DNA of 63,085 nt, the filler included, from Octopus bimaculoides (taxonomy: Eukaryota): assembly GCF_001194135.2 (NCBI RefSeq). It is 6 parts of 6 records of this genome, joined end to end, with 100 filler letters (N's around TTAATTAATTAA, not from the genome) between each part and the next. Parts side by side here need not be neighbours in the genome. Positions count along the whole stretch, not along the records: positions 1 to 15,768 come from NC_068985.1; 5 more parts are not named here. One strand, given 5' to 3'. Position 1 is the first letter of the stretch. Each line of letters begins with the position of its first letter. A program made the translations under genes and the position numbers. Positions 1 to 13,019 of the stretch are shown piece after piece. A model generated the notes under the pieces. That model did no database searches. It was not told the origin of the DNA and saw only the letters and a list, made by a program, of their open reading frames with translations.

Positions 1-271
1 TATATATATGTATGTATGTATGTGTATATGTTTGTGTGTCTGTGTTTGTCCCCCAACATCGCTTGACAACCGATGGTAGTGTGTTTGCGTCCCCGTAACT
101 TAGCGGTTCGGCAAAAGAGACTGATAGAATAAGTACTAGACTTACAAATAATAAGTCCTGGGGTCGATTTGGCGACTAAAGGCGGTGCTCCAGCATGGCC
201 GCAGTCAAATAACTGAAACAAGTAAAAGAATGAAAAAAAAACAGAGTAAAAGTGTATATAGTAATTATAAC

Positions 272-1053
272 CCATGGATGGAATTTATATATATTTGAAT
301 GCATCGCTACGCGCGTTTCCGCAAATCACTTGTTTCTTACGACCATAGCCTGTATTCCTGAAATGATTACAATACAATTAGTAATGTCCGTGGACATCAG
401 GTGATATGGCATTAAAGTTGGAAGTAATGAATGCATAACTGAAGGGTGTTTATCAAGTTTCACCAATCGAAAGGTTCATGGTGGGGTATGTTGGCAGTTC
501 TGTGTGTATTTGGTAGGGAAGAATAGAAGGTGGCGAAGAGGAAGACGGAGGAATACGTAGGGAGGCTACACTTGCTTTGATATTTGCGTGTGCATGTGTA
601 GGGATGGGTAGTGTAGTTCATTGGTCTGACCTTAGTCACAACAGAAACTTCCTTAATGAATTCAGATGTTGTACGGTGAGGAAGCAAACTTAGTTTTGTT
701 GTTGAAGTTCATTGTTTAAGTTGACAAAAGATGTTACCTCAAATGGTACAATGATAGAGCAAAGTAAAATAATGGATGTTTTTTTTAGCTGTTTTATCTG
801 TTCTTTTGATCTGTCAGATGCCAATGACGGTTAGTATTCTTTCGCTTCAAGATGTTCTGTTCGAATTCTAGAAAGGTTGCTTTGATCTTACTGGTGCGTC
901 TGATGAAATGAACTGAGATCTACCTGATATCCATGGGAATTACAGATTGTACTGCAATCATGCCAGGAATACAAACTATGATCGAAAGATACATGCGATT
1001 CGTGGAAACGCGCGTAGCGATTGCAGTAAAATATATATAAATTACATCCATGG
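272..1053. mobile_element. Non-autonomous DNA transposon (MITE/foldback-like) with ~135 bp imperfect terminal inverted repeats
   Basis: 272-405 (ccatggatggaatttatatatatttgaatgcatcgctacgcgcgtttccgc...) is the imperfect reverse complement of ~920-1053 (...gtggaaacgcgcgtagcgattgcagtaaaatatatataaattacatccatgg). No clear TSD. Confidence 0.7.
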
Positions 1054-1054
1054 A

Positions 1055-1112
<58 letters not shown>

Positions 1113-1258
1113 ATTTATCCTACATTATATCGTGGCAGCTCGGTACAACCCCACAAAACTGCTAGTGCAGGTTGGTATCGTTAGCCCGTAGCCGACATAA
1201 TAAAATAGAAGCTTTTATATGCGAATTCCAAAACGTTTCCCGTAAAAGAACTTAAAAG

Positions 1259-1303
<45 letters not shown>

Positions 1304-1804
1304 TGTATGCATGTGTGTGTGTGTGTGTATGCATAAATACATATATATATATACCTATACATATATATATATACACACACACGTATATATATATGTGTGT
1401 GTGTGTGTGTGTATGTCCGTGTGAGTATGCATATATGTATGTTTATATTTACGTATTTATACACACATATTTACTATACTTATGTTATGCATCGCTGTCA
1501 ATATATCGAATTAAGGTGGGAGATCCTGTTACTTTGAGTTAAGCAGTGACACAGTAGTGACAAAACGTCACTGCATGACAGGTAGATATTTGTATCTTAA
1601 TTTGGTTGAGAAATTTCGCAATGATTCTAGTGTAGAATAGGTTTCGTGCCTGTCTTATTTGAAAGAGATGATTGGCTAACTTCTCGTACGAGACATGTCA
1701 TTATATATCGATCATTAATTCTTTTTTAAAAATCTATATTTGAAACATTCAGTACAAACACAACAGACACAGTGCACACACAAACACACACACGCATTTA
1801 TGTT

Positions 1805-1844
<40 letters not shown>

Positions 1845-2394
1845 TATGTATATTCATATATATATATTTCTACATCTATATATATATATATCTATATACA
1901 TGTGATGTAATAACTGAAGTAGCATACACACAAACCTACATATGTTTGTGGTTTTCTGTATGTGTTTGCATAATTTGGACACAAATTCCAGCCAAGGCAT
2001 GTGAAACTTGCATGTGATAACGAAGTGGTAGAAGTATGAGGGAGATAACACAGGAGCAGAAAAATTTATGTATGGCTGAAACTAGTGGTTACAAGAATGA
2101 AAAACATTGGCCTACTTACGGTAAAGTTGAATAGAACAATATTTTACAATAAGAAGGAAACGTTAGTCGTTTAAGATAAAAGTAAAACGGAACAAATTGC
2201 ACAAAACGGTCATACAGCGAATGCAACTGGAAAGAGAAGTAGGGTACATATTGAGTGTTTGAGGAAGTCCTTCAGCTAATAAATAAAGAAGAGATACATA
2301 CACATGATAAGTAGTTGAGAGAAAGAGAGAGAGATCAATGGTCGGAAAGGAGGCAGAAAGTGGGGGAAACTGGAAGAAAGCAGAAAAGAGAGAT

Positions 2395-2448
<54 letters not shown>

Positions 2449-3779
2449 TGTGTGTGTGGAAATATTCTCTTTTTCACTCTCACTTATAAGCTCCAAGATA
2501 TGTCAGGTTCTCAAGAAACTGAAAATGCGGTAAAGGCTTCGTCAGTTTTGACAAATCATAGAAACAGGCTCTAGAAAGTCACCAATGTGACTCAGAGAAA
2601 TTTCCTCAGGGGAACATTCAGCATATGCAGAACAACAGAATTTGCTGCTGTTTAGCGTAAATAGTTGCCATTTACTGAATTATATACAGAATTTCGTGCA
2701 TTAAATTACCATTTTCATAATGGAATATGAATCATTTTGATTTCATTTATATAACCCTTTGCATGCGCAAAGCATTTTCAACTGTTTTCACACACATTTA
2801 TCTTTTGTGTTTTATCTTTTACTTACTTCACTCATTAGGTAGTGGCCATGCTGGGACACCATCTTAAAGAATATTAGTTGAATGAATCGACCCCAGTATT
2901 TCTCTTTGCTTAAGCGTTGTACTTATACAACCAGTCTCCTTTGACGAAACGCTGGGTTACGGGGACGCCCAAATTGCTACGTAGTGGGACTGAACCTGGA
3001 ACCATGTAATTGTGAAGCAAGCTTCTTACCACACAACCACGCCTGCGCCTATTTAGTTAGCCCTTATTTCATACATTTTTAGTAATATAAAGAAATCTCA
3101 AGTTAGACTAGTAGCTGAAAATCATTTGGAATGTGTATTATATATGAAGCATGGATTCCAGGAAAATATATCCCATATATCGCATGTAATTCGCAGGGCG
3201 GGCCACGGGTTAATAATAAATACGGATTTAGGCAGAATAGATACTGCCCTACCTGGTTAACCAGATGGGTTATTTTAGTAATTATTAAACTGTGAATTTT
3301 TAATTACAGCAGAAAAATGTCAGTTTTGTATTATTCAAGTCGTTTGTATATTCTTCATTTGTAAAATATTTTGGGAATATCATATAGGCTTTATTGTGTT
3401 GGCGTATTCCGGAGGATTTTTTTCCGCTTCTTCTTTTTTCCATTCCAGATCCCTTACTTCAGATGCCTCTAAATTATCCCGAGGATGTATTAATTATTTT
3501 AGTCATTTAGTTTTTCTTACCATAATGCACGACTTCTGAGTTGGAAACAAATGTGCAATTAACAATTCTTCAGTTAGGGATTTGCCATAGAAACGAAGTT
3601 GTTAATTGGCTTGAGTTATGTGTATACATGTCTGTACGTATAGAAAAACATGTTTGTGCGCAAAGATATTTAATAAATATTAATAAAAATGAATTATTAA
3701 TTAGTTTTATAATATATACGTACATATATGTATGTGTGTGAGTTTATATATTAATGTATTATGAATGTGTATACGTTTG

Positions 3780-4196
3780 TGTGGGTAAGTCTATATATAT
3801 AAATATATAAAATATACAAGAATAAGGGGAGAGAAATCGTCAATTAATAATAGAATTAACAATTAACAATTTTGCCAAGTAGTTCAGTATGAAAAAAACC
3901 TTTATCGGTAAAACTATTTATCATTATAAATATACAGGGATTAGCAATTGAGTTGCTTCTCCAACATACTGAAAATTTAGAAATAGCAGTCAAAGAACTA
4001 CTGATTCCAAACTACAAATTTTTCTCTAAAGTGGATGGCGATATTTATGGCACACATAGAACAAAAAACCGGAGGGAAAAGCGTAAACAAACCAAGCCTT
4101 TAGTTAATTGGATACGAATCGTTTCATGGTGAAGTGAATGGAAATTTCACTATTCCAATCTTCAGCCCAAATATTCTGATAGATTTGAAAGTGTCT
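3780..4196 (-). mobile_element. Probable Penelope-like pseudo-LTR/UTR remnant carrying the hammerhead
   Basis: Inferred from the hammerhead motif and the known PLE-hammerhead association. Truncated by the gap at 4197; left boundary approximate. Confidence 0.4.
4108..4170 (-). ncRNA. Type I hammerhead ribozyme motif, probably from a Penelope-like element LTR
   Basis: Minus strand reads UUGGG-CUGAAGA-UUGGAAUAGUGAAAUUUCCAUUCACUUCACCAU-GAA-ACG-AUU-CGU-A-UCCAA. This gives core CUGANGA and GAAA, stem III ACG/CGU, a GUA cleavage triplet, stem I UUGGG/UCCAA, and stem II UGG/CCA plus AGUGAA/UUCACU. The 10.1-11.1 pair is U-U. Confidence 0.65.
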
Positions 4197-5759
4197 NNNN
4201 NNNNNNNNNNNNNNNNNNNNNNNNNNNNNNNNNNNNNNNNNNNNNNNNNNNNNNNNNNNNNNNNNNNNNNNNNNNNNNNNNNNNNNNNNNNNNNNNNNNN
4301 NNNNNNNNNNNNNNNNNNNNNNNNNNNNNNNNNNNNNNNNNNNNNNNNNNNNNNNNNNNNNNNNNNNNNNNNNNNNNNNNNNNNNNNNNNNNNNNNNNNN
4401 NNNNNNNNNNNNNNNNNNNNNNNNNNNNNNNNNNNNNNNNNNNNNNNNNNNNNNNNNNNNNNNNNNNNNNNNNNNNNNNNNNNNNNNTATATATATATGT
4501 ATATATATTTAACGCGACTCTCTCTATTTCTGTCTCCCCCTCTCATTCTTCCCTCTGCTGTTCTTCGCCTCTACCTGTCACTACTTCTCTCTCTCTCTCT
4601 ATCTCTTGTTGCTCGTCCATCGCCTCTGACCGTTGCTACTGCTATCTCTCTCTCTCTCTCTACCTCTCGTTGCTCACTTTTGTTCTGCTTCCTCCCCTCC
4701 TTTTCCCTCTGCTACTCTTTCTCTTCACACAGCCTTGGTCACGTGTGTGCGGCTGCTGTTTCTTTTCGTTCTTGGAATCACCGGGCTCGCACGTGCTTCT
4801 TTGCCCCTCCTGTACGTGCTTCGCAGCGTTCTAGACATGCACACTTCGCGTCTTCTGTGCAGCCTTTTTGTTTGTTTGTTTCACCGTTTCGTTTTCCTGT
4901 CTTGTTTTCCGTCCGCCACTGCCCTTCACGAGAGCAATTTAATTTGTGTTCGTGGGAGGAACCATTTTAACGATGCGTACTGCCTTAATTCTTCGAAACG
5001 CCGGAGTTTTGATGGTGGCGGCTNNNNNNNNNNNNNNNNNNNNNNNNNNNNNNNNNNNNNNNNNNNNNNNNNNNNNNNNNNNNNNNNNNNNNNNNNNNNN
5101 NNNNNNNNNNNNNNNNNNNNNNNNNNNNNNNNNNNNNNNNNNNNNNNNNNNNNNNNNNNNNNNNNNNNNNNNNNNNNNNNNNNNNNNNNNNNNNNNNNNN
5201 NNNNNNNNNNNNNNNNNNNNNNNNNNNNNNNNNNNNNNNNNNNNNNNNNNNNNNNNNNNNNNNNNNNNNNNNNNNNNNNNNNNNNNNNNNNNNNNNNNNN
5301 NNNNNNNNNNNNNNNNNNNNNNNNNNNNNNNNNNNNNNNNNNNNNNNNNNNNNNNNNNNNNNNNNNNNNNNNNNNNNNNNNNNNNNNNNNNNNNNNNNNN
5401 NNNNNNNNNNNNNNNNNNNNNNNNNNNNNNNNNNNNNNNNNNNNNNNNNNNNNNNNNNNNNNNNNNNNNNNNNNNNNNNNNNNNNNNNNNNNNNNNNNNN
5501 NNNNNNNNNNNNNNNNNNNNNNNNNNNNNNNNNNNNNNNNGAGAGAGAGAGAGACAGAGAGAGAGAGAGAGACAGAGAGAGAGAGAGACAGAGACAGAGA
5601 GAGAGACAGGGAGAGAGAGACAGAGAGAGAGACAGAGAGAGAAACAGGGAGAGAGAGAGAGAGACAGAGAGAGAGAGAGACAGAGAGAGAGAGAGACACA
5701 GAGAGAGAGAGACAGTGTGTGTGTGTGTCTGAGTGTCTGTGTGTATGTGTGTGTCTGTA

Positions 5760-5797
<38 letters not shown>

Positions 5798-5827
5798 TGA
5801 GTGTCTGTGTGTATGTGTGTCTGTATC

Positions 5828-5866
<39 letters not shown>

Positions 5867-6313
5867 TGTACTGAATGTCATATAAATATGATATCATTAT
5901 ATTAAAGCTTTGTTCAATAACATGACATGTTTTCCTATCGATTCGCTTAATACTTGTTGATGAGACTTTGTTAAATTCTATTTATCTCTGCTGTCAAACA
6001 TATTCCAGACGATCGGAATCATGAACGTTCTGTTAAAAGAAGCGTCTTAATAGAGGTTATACAATGCGGACATTTTTGTCAGCATTGAAATCAAGGTTGA
6101 CAACTTCGCTGCGGCGTGTTTGTCAGCTATATTACCGTCTTAATTGTATAATTATTATCATCATAATCATGATCATCAGCAGCATCATCAATGTACACCT
6201 TATCATCATCACCATCATTATCATCATCATCATATCATCATCATCGTCATCATCATCATACGTCTTCATCATCATCATCATTATTATTATTGTTGTTATT
6301 ATTATTATTATTG

Positions 6314-6377
<64 letters not shown>

Positions 6378-6764
6378 TATTATTATCATCATCATCATTA
6401 TTATTATTAAAGACTTCCATATTTAAGGTTGAAGTTGGTGTAATTTATTATTTAGGTTCACGTCATCAGTAATTTACCGAAAGGAAATATCTTGCTGACA
6501 GTTTTGTAAAGTTGCTGTACGGTTTAATCAATATGAGTGATAAGGAAAAAAAAAACCTATCTATCTCTGTTTCTCTGTTTCTCCCTCTCTCTCTCTCCCC
6601 TTCTATGCATACACACACACACATATATGCATGTATACATATATATACACACACATAAGTACGTATACACATTAAAATACATACCTTATAAAATAAATTT
6701 CTATATTCAGTATATGCTATATTTACGTATATCTTTACATGTATGTACATGTATAAGAATACGG

Positions 6765-6825
<61 letters not shown>

Positions 6826-7001
6826 CATACATACGTACATATATGTATACATATATACATACATACATACATATGTGTGTGTGTGTGTCTTTGTGTGTCT
6901 GTGTGTCTGTGTGTATGCACATGTATCGTTTACAAGCACTCGCTCACAAATATATATTGTTTGTATATGATTACATACAAACATACAAACTTATAAACAA
7001 A

Positions 7002-7076
<75 letters not shown>

Positions 7077-8029
7077 AAGAAAGAGAGAGTGCGTGTGTGT
7101 GTACTCTTCAAGTCACTTATCAGCTAAGAAAGTCTTCATTAATTTGCTTCCGAAATGACAGGAATGGTAAATTTTGATAGCGAGCACAAAACACAGACAG
7201 ATGGATAATCTGGAGACAAGAACTAAGCACATGAGCACGTTATATGGAAGATACAAATTACCTGCAAGAAACCTGCTTTTGCTTTTTTAGCTCTTTTCTT
7301 TTATTATTAAATGCAAATCAAATAAGCATGGGGAACTGTGAATTGTCAAAATAGAATAAAAATTATCAGATCCCACCGAAACCGAGTCGTATTTTCTTAC
7401 TAGTCATAAAGATTCTGGTTTTACTAGTAAATGATGGTCACTCTACACGAAAACTTGTCCCAGTTTTATCTACCTGGGTGTCTAATCCGAACTTGACTAT
7501 AAGCATAACTATAGAACTGTTGGTCGGAGCTAGCAAACATAGGTATGCCTCTTTGCATAACCCAGTAACACGTTAAGCTTAATGTGTACTCCTGTTTCCA
7601 TACCGGATTCATTCATTATGGCTCCGACCCGTTCATTTCGAGATGTGAGACAATACACCATTGACGCCGTCCTCGTCGCAATTCAAGCAGAATACTCTTC
7701 GATGTGTAAAATTCTGAAACAGTAGATTAAGAGTCAAAGCATTTAGTAAACATGATGGAGAAGACGTTGGACGATTTGTGCATGTAATATAAAAGGCTTT
7801 TGGTATGTAACAATTTTAATCTCATCACCGAGCAGAATCCACAGCTCATTAATAGAATCACGTCTCTTAAAAGGAGCAGAAATCAAAGCACTTATCATAG
7901 ATGCCAAGAATCGATAGCAGATACTGTGAATTGTCAAAATAGAATAAAAATTATCAGATCCCACCGAAACCGAGTCGTATTTTCTTACTAGTCATAAAGA
8001 TTCTGGTTTTACTAGTAAATATACGTACG

Positions 8030-8065
<36 letters not shown>

Positions 8066-10930
8066 TNNNNNNNNNNNNNNNNNNNNNNNNNNNNNNNNNN
8101 NNNNNNNNNNNNNNNNNNNNNNNNNNNNNNNNNNNNNNNNNNNNNNNNNNNNNNNNNNNNNNNNNNNNNNNNNNNNNNNNNNNNNNNNNNNNNNNNNNNN
8201 NNNNNNNNNNNNNNNNNNNNNNNNNNNNNNNNNNNNNNNNNNNNNNNNNNNNNNNNNNNNNNNNNNNNNNNNNNNNNNNNNNNNNNNNNNNNNNNNNNNN
8301 NNNNNNNNNNNNNNNNNNNNNNNNNNNNNNNNNNNNNNNNNNNNNNNNNNNNNNNNNNNNNNNNNNNNNNNNNNNNNNNNNNNNNNNNNNNNNNNNNNNN
8401 NNNNNNNNNNNNNNNNNNNNNNNNNNNNNNNNNNNNNNNNNNNNNNNNNNNNNNNNNNNNNNNNNNNNNNNNNNNNNNNNNNNNNNNNNNNNNNNNNNNN
8501 NNNNNNNNNNNNNNNNNNNNNNNNNNNNNNNNNNNNNNNNNNNNNNNNNNNNNNNNNNNNNNNNNNNNNNNNNNNNNNNNNNNNNNNNNNNNNNNNNNNN
8601 NNNNNNNNNNNNNNNNNNNNNNNNNNNNNNNNNNNNNNNNNNNNNNNNNNNNNNNNNNNNNNNNNNNNNNNNNNNNNNNNNNNNNNNNNNNNNNNNNNNN
8701 NNNNNNNNNNNNNNNNNNNNNNNNNNNNNNNNNNNNNNNNNNNNNNNNNNNNNNNNNNNNNNNNNNNNNNNNNNNNNNNNNNNNNNNNNNNNNNNNNNNN
8801 NNNNNNNNNNNNNNNNNNNNNNNNNNNNNNNNNNNNNNNNNNNNNNNNNNNNNNNNNNNNNNNNNNNNNNNNNNNNNNNNNNNNNNNNNNNNNNNNNNNN
8901 NNNNNNNNNNNNNNNNNNNNNNNNNNNNNNNNNNNNNNNNNNNNNNNNNNNNNNNNNNNNNATATTCCCGCAGGAAAATCTTGAATATATCTACACATTA
9001 TCCCATACAAGAGTCAGATGAAAGAAATTGTTGTTTTGTTTCTTTTCTACATACACACTTAATACGGCGACGTGGAACGCCTACTGAAATGAATAATATA
9101 AGTAAACCTAAATCAATGTAGTTTAGACGCACACAAAATAACTAAGGGTATATTTTATATGTTACAACAAAACACATGCATTTGAAAGAATGAAAACTTA
9201 TGACACTATTATAGAGAATTATACTAATATGAATAAATCCATTGACATGCTTAACAAGAATACAGTCACCAGTTACATACACATTTAATCAAGCGAAAAT
9301 ACTGGTAAATGTTGGCAAGATAACGTTAACAATACAAGCTGAAATCTGTTTCACCTTTTGCTAACACAAATAATAGCAACGGATGATAGATACAAGATTC
9401 TGGCTGAAACCACTCTCTGCCAGCACTTTGTAACAAAAGCGACCATGTTTTTGCTTGATGCCATACACAATATAAGGAAGGAGAAAAATAACTTATTTAT
9501 GCATTTCCAGAGTTACAGGAACTGTTTTCGCGCCTTCAAAAACCATAGCTGAAGGTAGCCCTTTCCAATACGTTGAACAAGATATTGTCTATTGTGCGGG
9601 ATAGGTTACATGTCGCGTGTTTTAAACTGAAGGCGGGGTTAGGAGTTAAGCTGAGCTAGTGTGTCCCACAAAATATGTAGTCATAGAAATCGTGATGAAA
9701 CTCTGAAGAGTAGACAGGAGCAAACGTAAATTTAGATGCTTTGCTCAACGATGCAATACATCGCTCGGTACAGGAATTTAACATCAATCCAACACCCTAA
9801 CTATTAAGGGATGCAGCTTTACAAGTAGACAAGTGTGCACCTACTGAAGAACATATTCAATTTGTCCTCTAGTGGGTGTCCAAGGAAATGAGCTTTGATT
9901 ACGCGGATCATGTGAAAGACAGAATATTTATTAAAACCACAGAAGCAAGCTACGAAGAATTTCATATTCATTATTATCAGGACCCTTTGTACCCTAGCTC
10001 AAATTATTCAAATTTGAAGAGAGCAATTTCGAATGCAATAAAGAAGGGATTAGAGTTGTGTGCATCTTGATCAGATACAGCTAGCTTGAGATTTCTCACA
10101 CGTCAGAGGAAAAATTATTCTTGTCGTTTCTTGTTTTCTTAAATTATATCACTCTTTTAATTATACCATCATTTTACATTTTCATTTAATTATACCTTCA
10201 TTCTATGTATTCATTTAATTAATTTTGTAATTAATGTGCAATTATCAAAATATTTTACATACCTTTTCCCTCCCTTAGCTTTTCTGTATAATTCTCTCTG
10301 TATCTCCACACGTTTCTCTTATACATTTGTAAGTCATTTATTGTTAACGCAGGAAATGGCTTGGGTGGGAAAATAAGAGAAAATGTTTTTGTTGTCAATC
10401 GTTAGTGCATCGAACAAAATGCGTTGAAGTATTTGTTATGGTTCGTTACGTTCTAAGTTTAAATTCCACCGAGGAAACTTTGCTTTTTATCATTCCAGTG
10501 TAAATGAAATAAGTATGAAGAGAGTACTTGGATCAATACAATCGATTGTTCCCCTTTAAAATTTATGGCCATCCGCCTGTGTTTGAAGTAAATATTAGAA
10601 CCGCTAGAGCGGTTGTGGAATTTGTTCTGGTTCTTTATGTTCTGCGTTCAAATTCCAGGGAGGCCAACTTTGTCCTTCATCTTTCGAGAATCGATAAAAT
10701 AAAGTATCAGTCACGCACTAGCGTCGATGAAATTAACTAACCTCTTTCCTCCAAAACTGGTAGCTTTATGCCTAAATTAGAAACGGCAAGACAAATTGCT
10801 TAGCGGTATTTCTTCCAGCTTTGCGATCTAAGTTCAAATTCCGCCGAGATAAATTAAGTACGAACGAAATTTTGGGGTCGATGAAATCGACTAGTATTAT
10901 TATTATTATTATCATTATTATTATTTTATT

Positions 10931-12595
10931 GTCTTTGCACAACTTCTAACGCTGGAGATGTACCACGGTGTTAGCTCCCAGTGAACTAAGGTAACACCCC
11001 TTATTTTTCGAGCACCTTACGGATTATTCGAGCGGTTCCAAGCAGTGCTGTTTTCTGCAAGTGCTCCACCCTTATTGCAGGCTCTATGTGTTCCATGTAC
11101 TTCTCAAGATGTTTACTCACTGCTCCCCGGGCTCCGACAATTATTGGTGCTATTACCACCTTTTTGAGCGACCACAACTGCTTAACCTCCCAAACTAACC
11201 TGTTATATCCTTATCGCACACCTTGTTGTCAGTTGTGCATGCTATATCTGTGATCCAACATCGTTTGCTTTCTTTCTCAATCAACACCATGTCTGGTTTC
11301 CTATTCTCTATCTCACGGTCGCACTGAATCATAAAATCCCATAGGATCTTTGCATTATCATTTTCGATGATGACTTCGGGTTTATGTTCGTACCACTTTT
11401 TTTGTTTTCAAGTCCATACTTGTTGCAAAGTGTCCAATGGACAATCCTTGCTATATTGTCATGACGTCTCTCATATTCTTTCTGGGCTAGTGGCGTACAC
11501 TGGTAATATGCCATATGGTTTCACTATTTTATCCACAAATTCTGCACTTATCACTTTCTGCCGTGTTCTCTATTCTGTATTTGATATAATTGGTTGTTAA
11601 TGCTTGCTCTTGGGCAGCACAGATTAGAGCCTCCATTTCTCGTTTTAAATCACTTTTAGTCATCCATTGACCTTTTTCTTTCTGTCTGTATTATCTTCAA
11701 CATCCCTATAAAAGTGTACATGCATTTTCTTCTTTCTCCACCTATTTTCAGTTTCATTCATTCTCAAGTCCTTGTCCAATGCTTTATCCTTGCAATCTTC
11801 CATCCTACACAAGTCTGACCTTCTTACTTTCAACAGTAGCGGTTCTGTGGCATTTTTTCACATATCATGCTATGTTATTTTCTTCTGTTCTAATGCTGTG
11901 TTCGCATCTAATCAGTCCTCTTCCCCTCTTGTTCTTGGTACATTCAGTAAGTCTGTGTCACATTTTGAGTGGAGTATCTCATATCTAGTCAGCAACTTTC
12001 TTGTCTTTTTGTGGAAGCTTGTTTAGTTCGCCTACTGTCCATGCGATTACTCCTACTCCATATCTAAGGAGTGAAACAACCCAGGTATTGATAGCTTCAA
12101 CCTTATTCCGTCCATTTAATTTTGACTTCAGAGTCAGTCTCTGTCTGCGCAAGTACTCCACCTTAACTTTTTCTGTCATTTCTTTCTCCATCAATTTATC
12201 CATTTCCAATATCCCCAAGTACTTATAGCCCATCTCTTCTATCTGCTTCATAACCTCCCTCAACGGTATCGTTGGCCCGTCCATACATTTGATTTTACCT
12301 CTCTTCAAGACTAACACACCGCACTTTTTCAATCCGAACTCCATTCTGATATCAACACTGAATGTACACACCGTATCAACGATGAAACATACTTGGGATT
12401 CATCTTTACCATAAAGTTTGAGGTCACCCATGAATAATAACTGGTTGACTTTTTGTTGGCGGCTCTTGAATATATATCCAGCTTTTGCTTTCTTCACAAT
12501 CAGTGTTAGTGATATCATGCACAGTACAAAGTACAAAGACATCCCTGAGCTCTGGAAAGTTAAAGACGATCCACGTCTACCTTTGGATGGTGCAT
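10931..12595 (-). mobile_element. 5'-truncated R4/Dong-clade (RLE) non-LTR retrotransposon, decayed
   Basis: Minus strand encodes an RT C-terminal half (LLFMGDLKLY ~ YMDDLKLY, FGLKKC, YKYLGI, KSKLNGRNKVEAINTW), a CCHC-type region (C-TPLAQKEYERRHDNIARIVHW) and RLE motifs (RKPDMVLIEK, IVGALG, LQKTALLGTARIIRKVLEK). Frameshifts present. (AAT)n on both sides (10896-10927, 12596-12610). Confidence 0.9.
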
Positions 12596-12691
12596 ATTAT
12601 TATTATTATTGTTCAGTAGTTTTATTTTTATAACGTGCTTTCACTTCACTATCGAGCTATTATTATTATTCACTTCACTTCACTACCGAGC

Positions 12692-12743
<52 letters not shown>

Positions 12744-12745
<2 letters not shown>

Positions 12746-12960
12746 GGCGGCGAGCTGGCAGAATCGTTTGCACGCCGGTCAAAATGCTTAGCGCCATTTC
12801 GTCCGTCTGTACGTTCTGAGTTCAAATTCCACCGATGTCGACTTTGCCTTTCATTTTTCCAGGCTCGATAAAATAAGTATCAATCGATCGAGTACTGAAG
12901 TCGATGTAATCGACTTCACCCCTGCTGGAACTTTCCGGTCTTGTGCTTATAGTAGAAAAG
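12744..12960 (+). mobile_element. tRNA-derived SINE with MetaSINE-like central domain, representative copy. Others at about 10430-10895, 24960-25160(-), 28660-28810, 33958-34185, 35340-35555, 36240-36465(-), 36470-36715(-), 44560-44710, 58480-58710.
   Basis: AGGCGGCGAGCTGGCAGAATCG head, GAGTTCAAATTCC B-box, and a conserved gactttgcctttcatcctttcggggtcgataaa(a/t)taagtacc block resembling the Meta domain. Confidence 0.85.
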
Positions 12961-13019
12961 ATTTTCGCTAGACACGTATTTCCGCAGCTAGTTTCTTTGT
13001 CAACAGTTTTGATTTTATA

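Noticed and set aside
4124-5897. Long ORF-track entries here and at 8012, 16681, 24011, 38273, 53108, 55460 and similar
   Set aside because: Open only because they span N gaps or dinucleotide/trinucleotide microsatellites (YIYI, THTH, RERE, poly-I/N).
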